From Trichosphaerium sp. ATCC 40318 (taxonomy: Eukaryota > Protista > Tubulinea): a stretch of DNA of 64,000 nucleotides. Positions 51,573 through 63,900 of this stretch are shown here, piece by piece (position 1 is the stretch's first letter; each line of letters starts with the position of its first letter). The notes beneath the pieces are model-generated. The model had not been told where the DNA came from. It worked only from the letters and a program-made list of their open reading frames with translations, and did no database searches. Position numbers and translations under genes: made by a program. The stretch lies in assembly GCA_038496445.1 (NCBI GenBank), contig JALMLS010000487.1, positions 124,001 through 188,000 on the forward strand. The letters are read 5' to 3'.

Positions 51573-52574
51573 ATGTACAGCAAAGCCTTTATTACTACGA
51601 TTATATGTTGTATTTGCGCTCATCATCTTGTTCTCTCACAAAGTGCGACTCTTGTTACTTACTCCTCTCATCTTTCTAATAGGTTTTCCGCTTCCTTTCT
51701 GCCCTGAGGATAACTGGTCACGTTGGTGAGTTAAGCATTGCCACAGTAACTTCTAATGGCAACAGGTTCGACGCAGACAATCCTAAAGGGAACGGCGAGT
51801 ATGAGTCAATATACAACCATAAACGCATAAACAACGGTCGACTGTGTAAGTTCATCTATTTACTCAAAATTACTGACTTATCCACAAAAAAGGTCCAATT
51901 GGTACTCAAGCTTCTAATGTCCAGTGTGTTGATTATTATAACGGAAGCGATTGGAGAGATTACAAAGACGACTATAATTTCACAGCACCGTGTACAGTAC
52001 GAAGCGGATTCCAGTGTAGGAATAGCGATAATTCGAAGACATGTCCAAATATGAAAGTAAGATACTGCTGTGATTCTTGTATAGGAACGTGGAGTCAATG
52101 GTACGCCCTTAGTTTTTTCATATGCTATCCGTTTTCTTTAGTAAGCCTTTTCATCTTCTTTGTTAGGTACAATGACGACGTACCATGTGGTCGTGGTGAG
52201 TACGAATCTACATACAACCATGAGCGAATCCATACTGGAAATGTATGCCCTGAGAACTACAATGCAAAGGTTCCCACACAGGCTCAATGTGTATCGGTGG
52301 CTAGCGAAGAAAAATGGTCAGACATTGTACCGAGAGTGATTTACAAAGTACCATGTACACCTACCGGAGGCCTTGAATGTGTTAACAGCGAAAACAATGT
52401 CACGTGCCCTGATATGAAAGTACGATATTGTTGCCAAGCGGACAATGTCACTGTTAATGCCAATAGTCAATACAAGGTTGAGTTTCCGTTCAGGACTTTG
52501 TGGTTATTATTTTTGCTGTTTTTACCAATGTTAAGTTAAAGAGCTTACCAATAAATCCATACCTTGTTAAATAA
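51573..52574 (+). CDS. Secreted protein with two mucin-type WxxW Cys-rich (CysD-like) domains
   Basis: Signal peptide, then WSRWFDADNPKGNGEYES...CPNMKVRYCC and WSQWYNDDVPCGRGEYES...GLECVN...CPDMKVRYCC. Confidence 0.8.
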
Positions 52575-52924
52575 ACATTGAGTTTATGCTACATTTTGAG
52601 TTGTTAGAGCAATATTGGTTTTGACTAAGGCTTGTCTTAGTAAAATTCAAGCTAAATAAACTCCTTTAATATGAAATTGCACAGCTTAAACCCGATAGCC
52701 ACAGGTTCAGTCAGTTATGGCCGGAGTCAACTGCCACTTTAAAGGTTGCTGCGCCATTTTCTAGTGAATTACTACAGGGTTTTTTACGATTTTGAGCTAC
52801 TCTTGCCGTAAAGTCCTGCGCGATACCTACAGACGGGCTACACTCGAGTTGTTGGGAACTTATTCACGTGACCATGATAGTTTTACACTTTGTATTTTGG
52901 GTAGTTCTGTATTTATTTACTACA

Positions 52925-54433
52925 TTACCATGTTTGTATTTCTATGTTTCTTTCTTTGAGATAAGCACAACATTCTGTTATGATTTTGTGCTCCTTTTTG
53001 ATATTGAGTGTGCGTAGCCTAGATAATGATTTGATTCCTTTACTTGTTACATTTAAACCTCTACCAATGTATAAGACTTCAACATTAGAAAGATGAAACA
53101 GCCAATCATCTGCTACTTTATCCGGCAAGTAAGCAGTTTGAACATCTCCAAGACTTTTCATACAAGTACCAGTGATGCCATCACAGCCTGTAAGATTAAT
53201 ATTCTTTACACCAACCAAAGCTGAAACTCCCTCATCTGTTACTGATGTGCCAGTTAAATCTATGGTATGTACTCCAGAAATACTTTGAAACGACTCACCA
53301 GTGATACCCCTACACCCGCATAAATTGATTGTATGTACACCAGAAAGTGGAATAAGCCATTTGTCTGTTATGTTCATTGTGGCATACAGATTAATGGTAT
53401 GTACGCCAGCAAGGTATTTCATACACTCTCCAGTGATACGCTGACAAAATGAAAGATCAATATTCTTAACACCAACCAAAGCTGAAATGCCCTTGTCTGT
53501 GACTGATGTACAACCTATATCTATGGTATGTACACCAGCTAATGCTAAAATACCTTCATCTGTCACTGCTGATGCATTTAAATATGCAGCATGCACTCCA
53601 GCAAGTGCCGAAATGCCTACATCTGAAATGGCTCCAACATTTCTAATGTGTATGGTATGTACACCAGCAAGTGCTGAAATGCCTGCATCTGAGATTCCTC
53701 GACAGTGACTAATATGTATGGTGTGTACACCGGCTAGCGCTGCAAGACCTATATCAGTGATAGGTGTTCGAAATAGAGTTAAGGTATGTATACCAGCTAA
53801 TGCTTTGAAACCTTCATCTGTCATGTTGGTGCATTCACTAAGTACTAAAGTGTGTAGTCCCGAGAATGTAGACAATACACCATCCGTTACAGCACAGACT
53901 CTAAGCTTCATATTTGGTAACCCTGAAAGAGATTTCAAACAACTCTCTGATATTTGGTTCATATGTGTCATAGAAATAGATTTAAGGTGCTTTCGAACAC
54001 GAGAAATTCCTGCGTCTGTTATTCTAGGACAATGGATTAACTTCAACTGCTGTACGCCATAAATACGTTGTAATCCTTCATCTGTTAAATGGCCATGGAT
54101 ACCATTGAGCACTATGGAGCGTACACCAGAAAGAAAAGCGAGATGTGAGTCTTTTATCTTAAAGCACACTATTTGAGTGTTCTTTAAGAGAGGGCTTCCG
54201 CAGAGACGAGAATAACCTGTATTTGACGAAACTGTGATAACAGCGTATCCGACAAGGTGGTGAATGACGTCTGATAGCAATTTGCAGCTTTGAGAAACGA
54301 GGAATCGAGATGAACGGTCTACATATGATAGCATATGAGCTAATATCTCTGTTGGCATGTCAACAAGCTCTTTATTTGTTAATTCGCTTGTGGAAGTTGT
54401 AAACAGGGTTTCTTTAGTACAAGCGCTTTCCAT
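52925..54433 (-). CDS. F-box + GVHTI-type LRR protein, 502 aa, single exon; closest paralog of 14170..15216
   Basis: N- and C-termini are nearly identical to the 348-aa gene, with extra internal repeats. Confidence 0.9.
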   Translation of the reverse strand: MESACTKETLFTTSTSELTNKELVDMPTEILAHMLSYVDRSSRFLVSQSCKLLSDVIHHLVGYAVITVSSNTGYSRLCGSPLLKNTQIVCFKIKDSHLAFLSGVRSIVLNGIHGHLTDEGLQRIYGVQQLKLIHCPRITDAGISRVRKHLKSISMTHMNQISESCLKSLSGLPNMKLRVCAVTDGVLSTFSGLHTLVLSECTNMTDEGFKALAGIHTLTLFRTPITDIGLAALAGVHTIHISHCRGISDAGISALAGVHTIHIRNVGAISDVGISALAGVHAAYLNASAVTDEGILALAGVHTIDIGCTSVTDKGISALVGVKNIDLSFCQRITGECMKYLAGVHTINLYATMNITDKWLIPLSGVHTINLCGCRGITGESFQSISGVHTIDLTGTSVTDEGVSALVGVKNINLTGCDGITGTCMKSLGDVQTAYLPDKVADDWLFHLSNVEVLYIGRGLNVTSKGIKSLSRLRTLNIKKEHKIITECCAYLKERNIEIQTW

Positions 54434-55280
54434 TGCTTATTGTAACGATGTAGTAGTATAAGCTTAAAACAATACTTTTACCACAAAAAAGTCAAAACAA
54501 GTTAAGGCTTATCACGTGATTTAGAGAAGAGTGGGATTCAATTATAGAGGTATCTCTAAATTTCTATAGCCGTTTAGCTAACTAAGCTTTGAGGACGGCT
54601 AAGAAAAATAAGGGAAACCGCAAGTCTTTTTTTTTGACTTTTTGCGTTTGTAGTTTTATTCTAAAACACGTTTATTCTGTTGTTGGTGTTTACTTTTACA
54701 AACGTCCACAACGCTGTTATTACCAACAATACCAATTTTACACACTGCACAACACCAACGAGAAAAAAACCAAAGTTGTTTACACGCATTTTTTTCTCCT
54801 TCACCTCTCGACAGCGAAGTCGATGACGACATCCAAAAATCTCAAGTTCACCTTCGAAATATTGTCAGTTTGGTTTCGTATGCATTTGCTAAGAAGTACT
54901 TGAAGATACAGGTCAGACCTGTATTAAGCAAATAATGTTGTCACAGAAGTTCGATTGAGAACCTTTCGCGCTAACAAAAACCTCGATTACTATAGAGATA
55001 CTATAATACAACATCATACGCGTCGAACAGGCGTATATAAGAACTCTAGTGATGATGTCGACATACTTTAATTCCTTTTGTAGAATACGATTTTTTTTTT
55101 TGATCAAAATCTGTTTCATACTTTCTGATTAAGTTATGATTCGCTTTATTAGGCCGTAACGTGTTTCTAACATATAAGTGGTTCTGTTAAGCATGTATAC
55201 AGGCCTTAGATGTGAACCAATGACGCGACACACGTTACTTAATTGGGTACTATTCGGGCAGCGTGTAGGATAGCGTAAAC

Positions 55281-57392
55281 ATGTTTCTAATACTTACAGC
55301 TGTGTTTTTCCTTGTGTTAGCGGTTTACATCGCTTTTGAATTTATAATCCCATCAAGACGCGTGAAAATGAACAAGAAGGCTGTGCTGATTACAGGATGC
55401 GAGTAAGCAGCTGACTACAACTGAGAAAATAACGTAAGTAGCTCAGGTTTCGGTAATATGCTTGCGAGAAGACTAGATGAGGTATGGAATACATTCCCAT
55501 ACGTTTTAACGTGATGCAGCTTGGTATACCGGTATTTGCAGCATGTCTCACAAACGAAGGAGCGGAGGTACTCCAATCATGCACATCAGAGAGAGTGGCA
55601 ACATTAATATGCGACGTTACAAACCACGTACGTTTTTTTAACCATTTTATTTATTTTCGAACAACATCATAATAACGGCTGTAATTGTACATACCGTCAC
55701 CCTGCAATACCTCACGGAGGCTCGTTCACTTTATTTTATCCTTGAGATGCACACAGCATTCATACAACTTCTTCTTGACGTTTTTCTTTGCTGGTCCTTG
55801 ACAAACACGTCAGTACTGTTTATTTGAGATGGTTTTACAGAGATTTTAACACCAAGTTCTGCTTTTGGGTTTTTGGAGATATCTATTTTTTTTGGGTGTC
55901 GTTGTATGTGTAACACGTGATACATATCATGATTTAATACATGACGTACCTACGATATCCAGAAGGCAAAATAAGTGTTGTATTCAGTGTTTTGGAGCGA
56001 TCTTTTTTTGTGAATCTTTTTTTTTTGTCAACACTTTGAGAACAAATCAGAGTACTTACCTTTTATTAGGAAGACATAGAGAAGATGCACTATACAATAG
56101 ATCAAGTATGTAAACTACAAGGTATTCAATTGTGGGCGGTAGTAAACAACGCTGGTATTGGAACCGGTTGGCTTGTCGAACTAAATCCCATCGAAGTTTT
56201 CAAAAGGGTTATTGATGGTACACCAAAAAGAACTTTTATTAAAATCTTACTTCTTTAGTTAACCTCATGGGAGTCATCGCTGTAACTAAGATGATGCTTC
56301 GTGCGTCTATTGATAATAATTGATAATCTCACGTGAATACTAGCGCTTGTAAGAGAATGCAAAGGGAGAGTAATTAATGTTGCAAGCATGCTTGGTAGAT
56401 TTGCCTTACCAGGATTAAGCGCATATGCAGCTTCAAAGGTTAGGATTAGTTTTGTTGCGTTTTCTCTGATATCCCTTAGTTCGGTGTTGAAGGATTCAGC
56501 GACAGCCTGCGCCGTGAGATGCTACAATGGGGTGTTAAGGTTGTTCTAGTTGGTACGTCAAAAAGCCCTCAGTATTTTTTTTTCCATTTTTTCAATTTTT
56601 ATCTTTGCATGCCAACCAAGCCCTCACCACTATCTTTCCATCTTCCAATACAATTTCGAATTAATGCTGTAACATACACAACGGACCATTGTTATTTTTT
56701 TGACCGTAATGTTGTCTAGAACCTGGGTTTATGAAAACACCAATGTGTGATAAAGACAGGGTTAAAGAATTCCAAAAAGATTGTACGTGCTATCTTGTGC
56801 AATACCAATTATAAATACTTGTTATTTATTTCCTTATTCTTTTAGTATGGGCACGTGCAGAACCAACAATTAAAAAGGAATACGGCGGCACTGAGTTTTT
56901 TGATTCCGAGTGTAAAAAATCTCAAGAGTTTTTAGAGACGACAACACAGGATCCAGTTATCGTCATAGATGCATTGGTAAGTTATATATTTTACACTTAT
57001 ATATGTATTAAAATCAAGTCTATAGATTGAATCAATACTGAGTGTATCACCAAAGTCCAGGTTCGAAAACTTTTTTTTTGATTTCATTAAGTCTATTTTG
57101 CACGCGTTCAAGTCCGTTTCAGTCTTCTTCAAGGAGCTCCATTCGGAGTCTGTCATAAGGCAGGCAAATTTGATACTGGCTCCTTGTCGAATCACTATCC
57201 AGTCTGTTACTTGTACCAGCTGTTTTATTTTGTTTGTCCTGATTTGTATATTCTCTATTTGAGACTATAGCTTATGTTGTATGTTTACACCTCTCTTCTA
57301 GATATTTGCTTGGCAAAGATGCTACACTATTTCATATTATCTCTTGGCTTCCTACAAGTATTCAAGATAGGATATATTATTCCTTGGCTTAA
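55281..57392 (+). CDS. Membrane-anchored short-chain dehydrogenase/reductase (RDH/17-beta-HSD-like)
   Basis: N-terminal TM, VLITGCDSGFG, VNNAGI, YAASK and VEPG; last exon RYLLGKDA...LPTSIQD. Confidence 0.92.
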
Positions 57393-57819
57393 AGTTAGAA
57401 CTACTCAACAATTTTCTTTTTCTAGAACCAAAAAAAAAAAAAAGAGCTTGAGCTTCTTATGTAAACCTGTAATTTATAAAATAATTAGTGACCGTGAAGT
57501 TAGGTTGGTTATACAACATGACATCTATCTGATACTAGAATGACTTTACTTTGCTTGCCCAAATTCCATGTTCGAAAAGGAATTTACTAGTTTATCACTC
57601 ATGTTGTGGCCAGTCTATCCGCGACATATGCAACTCAACAATGCATGGTTCTTTGACAAGCTAAAAAGACTTTTGTCTAACATTTACACATATCATTGCT
57701 GTAAATGCGTTCTAGTGTTGTCTGAAAAATGCAGTTACTGTTTTGGTTGCAAGCCGAAGACATCTGTTCACATTCGGAATGTTGTTGTACAATTGAAATT
57801 ACTTAACTATTACCAGCAA

Positions 57820-58513
57820 TTACCGTTTAATATAAGTTTTATTCATAACAACTTTGTGTTTCTCTTTCAATGGCACTATCAATCCCATGATTCTTCCATT
57901 TTTCTTATCTATCACGGCTCTATATGCCACAAGATTATTACATTTATTGAAAGTTTCAGGCTCTATCGTTTCAGCCTTAGTGTACCAGTAGTACTTTATA
58001 TCTCTTGTTTCCGTTTCATGAGTTTTTATTACCCACCCCTTTTTTTTCTTCCTCTTCCTAGACAATCTCCACGTTCCTATTTTTTTATTAATTTTTCGAG
58101 AATTCCATAGCTAATAAAACATGTGGTATATATCTCATGGTACCTTTAGTCATGACATCCCTACCAAAGTAGTTGTATGTATAGTAGAAAAAGGTTCCGT
58201 CTTTCTTGAGAGTTATAGAGAAAGTTTGCGTTGGGATCTCTTTTGTGAGTACTTTTGTTTCGATTTCTCGAGTTAAACGGTAGTAAACAGCTTCGGAACT
58301 ATTTTCATAAAAGAGCATCAAAGAATAGTGGGCATAAGCAGAAAACCATCTCTTTGGCTTCATTTTTAGAACAACAGGCCATATTTGCAACGTTTTACGC
58401 ATATCGTTGCTTGTGGCAACCATATTCCAGTGTTTGTTGACTATTGAAGCTGTTAGGATCTCATTTTCTAAATAGCTGAATATTAACATCAAGCTATCGT
58501 GATCTAGTGACAT
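57820..58513 (-). CDS. F-box protein with non-LRR C-terminus (one intron at about 58078-58141)
   Basis: SLDHDSLMLIFSYL...SIVNKHWNMVA. A GT..AG intron joins ORFs 58088..58513 and 57820..58065. Confidence 0.7.
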
Positions 58514-58629
58514 AGCGTTAATGAGTCTGTAAAATAACTACAGCCCTGACTTAAACAACGTACATTAAAGCAGTTTCACTGAAGCCGTTTTAATGTGGTC
58601 CTAAACGTTCTTTTACGTACACAGTTTTT

Positions 58630-58930
58630 CAAACAGATCAATCAGTGCTAGAAACTTCAACCACGTTATACATTTGAATTCGATTTGTTTCATTAGAAAA
58701 CTGTGAATAGCAAATTTTGGCATGATCCTGTTACTTATCTCTGTATAGTTTAAGCTCCTGTGTTTCCCTCCCTCTACTAGTGCAAGGGCACCTCTTCTGA
58801 TATGTTCGTGCAAGAGATTGTATGGACACCAACGAGGCAAGCCAATTCACTCGCACATAGTTTTGTAAACTGAAAACCAACATAAACTAGTATATACTCT
58901 CGTTGTACTATGTAAACTCCAACTTGTAAA
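58630..58930 (-). pseudogene. Decayed relic of a GVHTI-type LRR gene
   Basis: The minus strand reads LVGVHTISCTNISEE, then after a frameshift GALALV...SLNYTEISN, and later KCIT-(G)LKFLA-IDL. Confidence 0.6.
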
Positions 58931-59093
58931 ACACAGTCGCCGCAGCTAGAACCATATTGTTGTGTTCTTGAGCAAATGACTATCTTTAGAGAATAGAGAA
59001 ATCTGTGAACAATAGTTCAATGTTTCAGCAGGTAAACTAAGTGAGAGCTTAAACAACAGATAAGTTGGTTTTTTGTTTTAAATCTAGATTATA

Positions 59094-60856
59094 ATGGCTA
59101 GGCTTATCCTCATTCTTGGACTTGTTGTCGCTTTAGTATCAGCTGTATGTAACAATAATATCGACTGTAATATGTCTGGAAAATGCGTTCAAGGTGTTTG
59201 CGAGTGTGCAACAGGATTTACAGGTACTTGAGAGCGATTTAAAACAAGCAAACGCAAGTTTCTTCAAAAAATTTTAGAACACGTGTTTTTAACACCCTAC
59301 GCGCAACTCTATCAGTTCGAACTCCTGCCGTTAACTTGTAATTGTTTAGGCCCAAATTGTTCTAGATTATCATTTGGGAAGTCCCTTAGTTGTGGTAAAG
59401 GCGGTTTATGCATAAACAATAAAACAACGTGGTAAACGGTTACATAAAAAAAATACAAACGGCCAACGACGAAAAGTCGAAACACTTTTACGTGATTGTT
59501 CACGTGTACTTTTATTTCGCACTCTGCTAACCTTTTCTCGTTTTTCCTAGGGGTGGCTCGGTTATACAAGGAGATGATGGGCTATGGCATATGTTTGCAG
59601 CAGAAATGTCCAACGAATGTCATCTTGTTCCTTACTGGTTAACAAACAGCTTTGTTCGACATGCCGTAGCTGAAACACTAGATGGTCCATTTCAACCAAA
59701 AGATATAGCTCTAGCCCCACGTGATGGCACAGATTATTTCGATGAACAAACTGTCCATAATCCTAGTATATCAAGAGCTCCTGATGGAACTTACTTGTTG
59801 TTCTACATGGGATCTAAAGGAGATAAAACAAGGCCGAATTGCACCAAATCGCTAATATCCCAGAACCTTTTTTCTTCATTGGATAGTGCACCTTCTGCTG
59901 CAGCGATAAATCAACGTGTTGGGCTTGCAACATCAAAATCTCCGTGCGTTTTAGAAGATGTGTATGTAGTGTATAGTTGGTTAATACTATTGTAGGTATG
60001 GTCCTTGGAAGAGGCTTGATAATCCTATATTAGAACCATCTGCTACGAAAAGTTGGGATGATGAATTTGTTACAAATCCTTCCTCATATGTTTTCCCAAA
60101 TGGCACGATCCTCCTGATTTATAAAGGAAGGAGTAAAGAGAATTATTCACGGATGAGTACAGGCGTCGCTGTGGCGTCACACTACAGGTAAAATGTATAC
60201 AATAGTTGCTGAAAAAAAGCATCGTTACTCTTTTTTATTCAAAATTCACTCGTTGAGCTCGTAACCGACACTAGCCGGTTTTAATGTTTTTATTAGTGGT
60301 CCATATGAAAAGAAGAGTGAAGCACCTATTGATGTTCCAACACAATGTGAAGATGCCAGTATTTACAGAGACGAGAACGGTATTTTTCATACAATATTCC
60401 ATTGCAGTTGCACGTGCGTAACTTGTAACAATTTCCTAATTGAGTAAAACTATTTTCCTTTTGGTGCTCTGCACAATTGTTAATCCAACGTTTGAAGTTT
60501 AGCAAGAAAATTAGAGGAACAAAAAAATTGCTTTTGAGATTGGTTGTTCTTGCGAACTTACATTTATTTCAAGGTACCTAAGATCATGGTCCACGGATGG
60601 AATCACATGGCAAAAGAATTCTCAGGTATGTAGATATTTATTTTATTAGGTTATACTCAACCGCTGCAATTAGACGATAGACTGGTGTAACATTGAGTAT
60701 AAAGATGGAACATCAGAGGTACTAAGACGAAGAGAAAGACCAATGTGGATTTTGGACAAACAAGGAAAAGTAACTCATATGTCTAATGGTGTTATGCCTT
60801 CAGTAAAAACACATGATAATGGAAGGTGTTTCACCATGATGACACCGTTGTCATGA
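59094..60856 (+). CDS. Secreted EGF-like + five-bladed beta-propeller glycoside hydrolase (GH43-like)
   Basis: Signal peptide, EGF-like CNMSGKCVQGVCECATGFTGPNC, WGGSVI, HNPSI, GPWKR, TNPS, CEDASIY and RRERP. Confidence 0.8.
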
Positions 60857-60989
60857 ACTAAATAAAACTCTTTTACATTCTCGAAAAACGAGCTGTTAGT
60901 CGTTAGACAGTAGTAAAGAAAATCAAGCGTAGCAAACTGTTGAAGCATCTAGAAGTAGCTTTATTTTTCGGTGTTTTTTCTTATTTTTT

Positions 60990-63900
60990 TTTTTGAAAGA
61001 AAAAGATTGAACTTTGTTGTTGATTATATCTCCTCCTCTCTTAAGATTTTGAGAATCGTTGAACAGGTATTGGGGACATGTCTGAATCCTTTATAAATAG
61101 AATCATTAGAATAACAAGAATTGGTTGTTCAGTATAAAGGTACCCTTTCTTGTACAGAGTCATCTGATACTACTCGCTTTAGTACTTGCAGAATTTCTCC
61201 TGTGTCTATGAAGTGTGTAATAATATCAATGACTTCTTTATGTTTCATTCTTTCTGCATCAGATAGAGCCGTATTACCCCATCTATCAGTTGAGTCTACC
61301 TGGGCACCTAAAAACCAAAAGTAAGAAAAAAAAGAGAACGCAACAAAAAGAAGTTCAAACACGTTTATCGCTTTGATGTTCTTACCTGACTTTAATAAGT
61401 ATCTTACCATATCAGCTTTTCCACTTGCAGCGGCTAGTAAAATGTTAGATATCTTGGTAAGAGTATGAAGTGTAAAACTAACAACAAACCTAAATGAATG
61501 CCATATCGTTTATCATAATCACAAATATTTACATCAAGTTTTTTATAGTTAAGAACATGCTTAACAGTATTAAAATCGCCTAAGAAAAAATGACATAAGT
61601 AATTGAACAACTATAAACCACTGAGCAAAAAAAAACTCTCAGATGATGCTGAAAGACAGTTTTTTGAAAAATGTAAATAAAAAAAAGAACAATCTAGTTT
61701 GGTACATACCATGTGCGCATGCACTAAGAAATTCTGAAATATCAGTGTGTCTAGTACCACAATAACGTCTTGGATCTATCTTGTTTTCAACACTACCCTC
61801 TAAAGTTTTTTATGTGAGTTCACGATGAACAATAATCAAATACACTTTTGGTTTTTTTTTCATGATTCTTTTTGTTTTTTTGATTTAATTTAAATTGCGA
61901 ATTCAAAAAAACATATAAAAGTCGGTCTGGTACCAGAGTATGCTTCAGCGGTTGAATCATAAGCGTGTAGATTAAACTTTGCGGAAAATAATTTACAAAA
62001 TTCTAGAGCTCTTGTACTGATAGAATTACGATCAAGTCGTGAAGAGTAAACGGCCATTCCCTTTTGATTGCATTAGCGCACCATACATCATCTGCGATGT
62101 TAAACGTACCATAACACCAGGTATTACAATGATAAGAGCACCACTTCTACTGCATTTGGCTGGAAGACCAACAGAGAAAACAAACTCTCCTGAAAAGTCG
62201 TGCATACCGCATGTTGCCATTAGAGACAAACAGTTGCGCACATACCGTACAGAGAAAACACGTTCGCCTAGATGGCGTTAGTTTGGGTAAAATTAAAAAT
62301 GCAAAAAGATTTCTAGCGAAGAATGGTTTCGATCCATTGACCTTTGGGTTATGGGCCCAACACGCTCCCTGCTGCGCCACTTCGCTTTTTACGTTGTGAA
62401 CTAAACGGATCGGAAAGTAGTCTTTCGAGACCAACGCAAAGACCCGTATTGACTTTACGTACCCGTCATTGGGTTAATACCGCCATTTGCCAAAGTTGCA
62501 GCTGCAATCGACATGGTCCGTGTGCTCCATTCCATACAACAGCACTGAAAGAACATGTCCAAATCCATATTCAAATCTGCTTTTGGAGGAAAGGCGTTTT
62601 CTTCTTGCTAAGCTTTGGTTTAGCGTTCTAGCAGACTAATAATAACCATTCGCACCATCATGTATGCTATTGCTTTTGCTTGTACAGATGCTCTTCGTAC
62701 TTCAAGGTAAGCTGTATTGGAAAATGCAGGAGGAGAACCTAGGCGACTAATTAAATGTATTTGCTCAATTACATAAAAAACAACTCACCTGCTAGCTTCT
62801 CATACATATCACGGATGAAAGAGAATCGCTACTCAAACGTCAACTTTGTTTCAAATGATTTCATGCCAATATTAACGTACATCACTATCTTCAAGGTCTG
62901 GACGAAGCATACAAGCTGCAGTTATAGCTCCAGAGTCTGTCATTGGATTATGAGGTTTGTTATCTGAGTTAAGCTCCATTTCATTCCATCCCCTTCCACT
63001 TGGTTCACGACCAATATATTTATGGACATATTCTTCACCATGTAATTCCTTGAAGAAACATATTAGACTCAAACACTTTTTCATAAAGATGCTGTACGCA
63101 CTTGAGCAATACAGTAATTAAACGGGTAGCAACAATCGTCCATGACGACGTTAACCTCAGAATCACCATAATCAAATTGCTGACCATCAATAGAACAAAT
63201 GGATACGCCGTACTATAAAGTTGGTAAAAAAAATGGGCAAAAGAAAAGCAATTAAAAAAAAGGATTGTACCAAGTCGGTATCAGTCTTAGCATAACTTCG
63301 AATAAACGAAGAGTTAGCACCGCTTTGCATATTCTTTGTCTTGTTGTAGCATTGTATAACTGTTTCTGTAAATCTTGCCCAGTTAGGTACTATTAGTCTA
63401 CCAGTAAAAGCATTGTTTATCAAAGAACTGTACTAAAGAATAAGTCAGTTTCTCTGAACCAAAAACGAGATATGCCTACCGCCAGCTTTTGCTTGAATAC
63501 ATCAAAGTCAAAAAAATCTGGTAATTGTGATACTGTTGGTTTTAATCTCCTATCTTTACTCTTTATACCAAGAGTTGCCAGTATTTTAGTTAGAGTTTTC
63601 CTGGCACCGTAGTATTAGTAAACTATGTTCCAACAAAAAATAAATGTACCTTGACACTTTGCCAGTGCTTCCTACATCCAAGAAATTCCAGATGTTTGTT
63701 GCAACATCCACTGGTTCATTCTTACTTTCTGTTTGCTCATAGGCTTTTATTATTTCGAGAACTTCAGTGTGACCTTCACGCAATGCATCATCAAGTGGTG
63801 TGCCACCTAGAAATTTATATTAATAAAGAAAAATAATTCGTCAACTTTTGTTTGTCTTACCAAGATGGTCACATAATGTAGGATCAGCACCCATCTTTAG

